This document shows positions 61,587 through 64,000 of a stretch of 64,000 nucleotides of DNA, one piece after another. Within the stretch, counting starts at the first letter, position 1; each line of letters starts with the position of its first letter. Location of the stretch: assembly GCA_964531475.1 (NCBI GenBank), contig CAZHCS010000001.1, forward strand, positions 14,712 to 78,711, written 5' to 3'. A program made the position numbers and the translations under genes. This stretch comes from an uncultured Candidatus Saccharibacteria bacterium. GTDB taxonomy: Bacteria > Patescibacteriota > Minisyncoccia > Phycocordibacterales > CSBR16-119. The notes below the pieces were generated by a model. It was not told where the DNA came from. It ran no database searches and saw only the letters and a program-made list of their open reading frames with translations.

Positions 61587-62570
61587 ATGGAAAAAAAGAT
61601 TCTAGTCTCAGGCATCAAGCCAACGGGCGCACTCCACATTGGTAATTATTTCGGCGCAATGAAGCAATTTGCAGACCTCTCGCAATCAAACGAGTACGAT
61701 GTTCGTATTTTTCTTGCAGATTATCATGCGCTCACGAGCGTGCACGATAAATCACTTTTGCAAAAGCTTTCTTTTGATGCTGTCTGTGCGTATCTCGCTA
61801 TCGGTCTTGATCCAAAAAAAGTATTACTCTATCGTCAGTCGACACTCCCAGAGCACACAGAGCTCACTTGGATGTTTAATAATCTAGTAACTATGCCATG
61901 GCTCGAGCGCGCACACGCATACAAAGACGCTTTGGCTAAAGGAAAAGAGATAAATGTGGGCACGTTCGACTACCCGGTTCTTATGGCGGCCGATATTCTC
62001 ATGTACGATGCCGATGTTGTGCCAGTCGGCAAAGATCAGATCCAGCACGTCGAGATGGCGCGGGAAATTGCCGACAAGTTTAACAACACTTTTGGCGAGA
62101 CATTCAAACGCCCTAAAGAGCTCGTGGTCAAAGACGTTGAGACTGTTCCTGGTATCGATGGGCAAAAGATGTCGAAAAGCTATGGTAACGTAATTCCGCT
62201 TTTTGGCACCGATGACGAGATCAAAAAAGCAATCATGGGTATTGTGACGGACTCGAAAGCGCCTGAAGAGAAAAAGATTGCCGAAGAAAATAATATCTAC
62301 AAGATTTTCAAACTCATCGCGACGCCTGAAGAACGGGAAGTGATGCGTGCGGGTTTCGAGAACGGCGGCCTCGGCTACGGCGACGCGAAAAAGATGTTGC
62401 TCGAGAAATTTATTAGTTACTTCGCACCGATGCGCAAGGCTTATCAGAAATATCAGGATAATCCGAAAAAAGTTTTTGCAATTCTCCAGAAAGGTGAAAA
62501 GAAGGCGCGGAAAATAGCTGAAAAGAAGATGGAGACGGTGCGAAAACTCGTCGGCTTGCGCCCGTCGTAA
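61587..62570 (+). CDS. trpS: tryptophan--tRNA ligase
   Basis: SGIKPTGALHIGNYFG (HIGH) and KMSKSYGN. Confidence 0.9.
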   Translation: MEKKILVSGIKPTGALHIGNYFGAMKQFADLSQSNEYDVRIFLADYHALTSVHDKSLLQKLSFDAVCAYLAIGLDPKKVLLYRQSTLPEHTELTWMFNNLVTMPWLERAHAYKDALAKGKEINVGTFDYPVLMAADILMYDADVVPVGKDQIQHVEMAREIADKFNNTFGETFKRPKELVVKDVETVPGIDGQKMSKSYGNVIPLFGTDDEIKKAIMGIVTDSKAPEEKKIAEENNIYKIFKLIATPEEREVMRAGFENGGLGYGDAKKMLLEKFISYFAPMRKAYQKYQDNPKKVFAILQKGEKKARKIAEKKMETVRKLVGLRPS

Positions 62571-62630
62571 GTCTGGTATAATGGGGACTGTCGTCCATTA
62601 CGGGCGAACACTTATAATTTTACATACGAT

Positions 62631-62834
62631 ATGAAAAATCTTGTTACATTTTTGGTCATCGCTATAGTTATTATTGCCGTTGTCGCCATCATAAAACGCC
62701 CAGGCGATGATATGAATAATGGTGCTGCGGGTACGATGCCGGAAGGAAGCGATATGACCGACAATGGTATGGTCGGAGGTGATGCTGCGGTAGAAGTAGA
62801 GCTTGGCGGCCAGGGGGATACAACGGCCCAGTAA
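62631..62834 (+). CDS. hypothetical small membrane protein
   Basis: N-terminal TM (LVTFLVIAIVIIAVVAII), then a Gly/Asp-rich tail. Confidence 0.35.
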   Translation: MKNLVTFLVIAIVIIAVVAIIKRPGDDMNNGAAGTMPEGSDMTDNGMVGGDAAVEVELGGQGDTTAQ

Positions 62835-62843
62835 AATGATAAC

Positions 62844-62888
62844 GAAGCCGGGCTGGGGTGATGCAAAGCATCACCCCAGCCCGGCTTC
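62844..62888 (+). terminator. long perfect hairpin terminator (21-bp stem, AAA loop)
   Basis: GAAGCCGGGCTGGGGTGATGC-aaa-GCATCACCCCAGCCCGGCTTC followed by TTGCTTTTCC. Confidence 0.7.
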
Positions 62889-62917
62889 TTGCTTTTCCAA
62901 GAAGTATATGGTATTAT
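62889..62917 (+). promoter_or_regulatory. promoter-like TTGCTT-17-TATTAT
   Basis: Upstream of the DEAD-box helicase gene. Confidence 0.35.
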
Positions 62918-63007
62918 GTCGGCATCAATCCTCTCTATGATTTCCGAAGTAATGTTCGATGTTCTCAGGGACTATTGATCACTTACTATCGTTAATCAAC
63001 AAATATA

Positions 63008-64000
63008 ATGTATACCATCAGTACCGATGGCCAGAATCGTGGCCAGTCTTCGTCTCGTCGCGCACCTTCTTTTTCCAAGAACCGTGGCGGTTTCCGCTCT
63101 GGCGGCTCGGCGCGTCGCGTGGCACCAGTGCGAGGAAAACGCAAATTTGCAGCCTTTGACGTCGAGGGCATGCTTCGTACTAAAAAGTCCACTAGTTCGA
63201 CACCTGTCGCAGATGTGGCTATTCGTCACACCTTTGCTGATTTTGGTTTTGGACCAAGTCTTCAGAAAAATCTTGCAGCCAAGAACTACATTGTTCCGAC
63301 TCCAATCCAAGATCAGGCTATTCCGTTTGCGCTTCTTGGCCGCGATGTTGTTGGCCGTGCCAACACGGGTACTGGCAAGACAGCTGCATTTTTGTTGCCA
63401 CTCATCGAAAAGATAGGCAAGAGTCGAGGCGAACGCGTATTGATACTTGCTCCGACTCGAGAACTCGCCCAGCAAATCGACAAGGAATTTCGTGGTTTTG
63501 CAACGGACATGCGTTTGCGTTCAGCACTTTGTGTCGGTGGTATGCCGATCAATGCTCAGATCCGCGACTTGTCGTATGGTCCTAATTTTGTCATCGGTAC
63601 ACCGGGACGTATTGCCGACTTGGCTGAACGCGGAAAAATAGTTTTCGCAAAATTCCAAAACATCGTTCTCGATGAAGTCGACCATATGTTAGACATGGGC
63701 TTTATTGATCCGATAACAAAAATATTAAAGGCTATCGCCCCAGTTCGTCAGTCACTTTTTTTCTCGGCGACCATGCCAGAAAATATCCGCACGCTCGTTA
63801 GTAAATTTACTACGAATCCAGAACATATCGAGATAGCTTCACGCACAAGTGTTGAAAGCATTGACCAAAGCATTGTAAAGGTCCGCGACGAGGCTCATAA
63901 GTTTTCAGAACTTTCGGCAATTCTCTCCGAACCGGACCACAAAAAAGCTATCATCTTTACCGAAACAAAGCGTTCGGCTGATCGTTTGGCGCGAGACCTT
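63008..64000 (+). CDS. DEAD-box ATP-dependent RNA helicase (partial; continues beyond the window)
   Basis: Arg/Gly/Ser-rich N-terminus, Q-motif region, Walker A ANTGTGKTAAF, PTRELA, DEVD (DEAD variant), SAT. Open to the window end in frame 2, so it is absent from the complete-ORF track. Confidence 0.8.
   Translation, partial: MYTISTDGQNRGQSSSRRAPSFSKNRGGFRSGGSARRVAPVRGKRKFAAFDVEGMLRTKKSTSSTPVADVAIRHTFADFGFGPSLQKNLAAKNYIVPTPIQDQAIPFALLGRDVVGRANTGTGKTAAFLLPLIEKIGKSRGERVLILAPTRELAQQIDKEFRGFATDMRLRSALCVGGMPINAQIRDLSYGPNFVIGTPGRIADLAERGKIVFAKFQNIVLDEVDHMLDMGFIDPITKILKAIAPVRQSLFFSATMPENIRTLVSKFTTNPEHIEIASRTSVESIDQSIVKVRDEAHKFSELSAILSEPDHKKAIIFTETKRSADRLARDL

Noticed and set aside
1-64000. CRISPR arrays, rRNA genes, transposases or integrases
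   Set aside because: No regularly spaced direct repeats, no rRNA signatures, and no recognisable transposase or integrase motifs were seen anywhere in the window.

Overview
This 64-kb chromosomal window comes from a small-genome bacterium with CPR/Patescibacteria-like hallmarks. ValS, AlaS and Rel are C-terminally truncated. Many genes carry sigma70-consensus promoters within about 10 nt of their ATG, so the mRNAs are likely leaderless. DnaJ, RecR and L36 lack the Cys residues of their zinc-binding motifs. Housekeeping genes found are miaA, parB, rel, lepA, an FtsL-like gene, a glutaredoxin-like gene, hsp20, prsW-like, valS, a short aspartokinase, tsaD, asd, trxB, ftsA-[antisense ORF]-ftsZ, ybeY-rpsU, a priA-like gene, mreB, holB, frr, rseP, mltG, a dnaQ-like exonuclease, mnmA, alaS, infA-rpmJ-rpsM-rpsK-rpsD-rpoA-rplQ-rplM-rpsI, a PIF1-like helicase, grpE-dnaK-dnaJ, cysS, corA, rplU, recR-dnaB, trpS and a partial DEAD-box helicase. 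Five tRNAs are present: Leu-CAA, Arg-CCT, Phe-GAA, Glu-TTC and Val-GAC. I saw no rRNA, no CRISPR array and no transposase or integrase. The most unusual features, in rough order of interest, are these. (i) Three families of short perfect palindromes sit in-frame inside essential genes (miaA twice, tsaD, the priA-like gene, mnmA), in the manner of Rickettsia palindromic elements. (ii) Near-identical elements of about 115 nt, bounded by inverted repeats, abut the start codons of tsaD and the priA-like gene. (iii) A GIY-YIG nuclease cassette is flanked by 16-bp direct repeats that duplicate the 5' end of tRNA-Phe. (iv) Two PaaX-like wHTH regulators bracket grpE-dnaK-dnaJ; one occupies the position hrcA normally holds and is associated with a palindrome over the grpE -35. 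(v) Several GC-richer, monocistronic genes encode secreted proteins, including two with SprB-type repeats and a T9SS-type C-terminal domain of Bacteroidota flavour. All coordinates for RNAs, repeats and regulatory sites were counted by hand and may be off by 1-2 nt.
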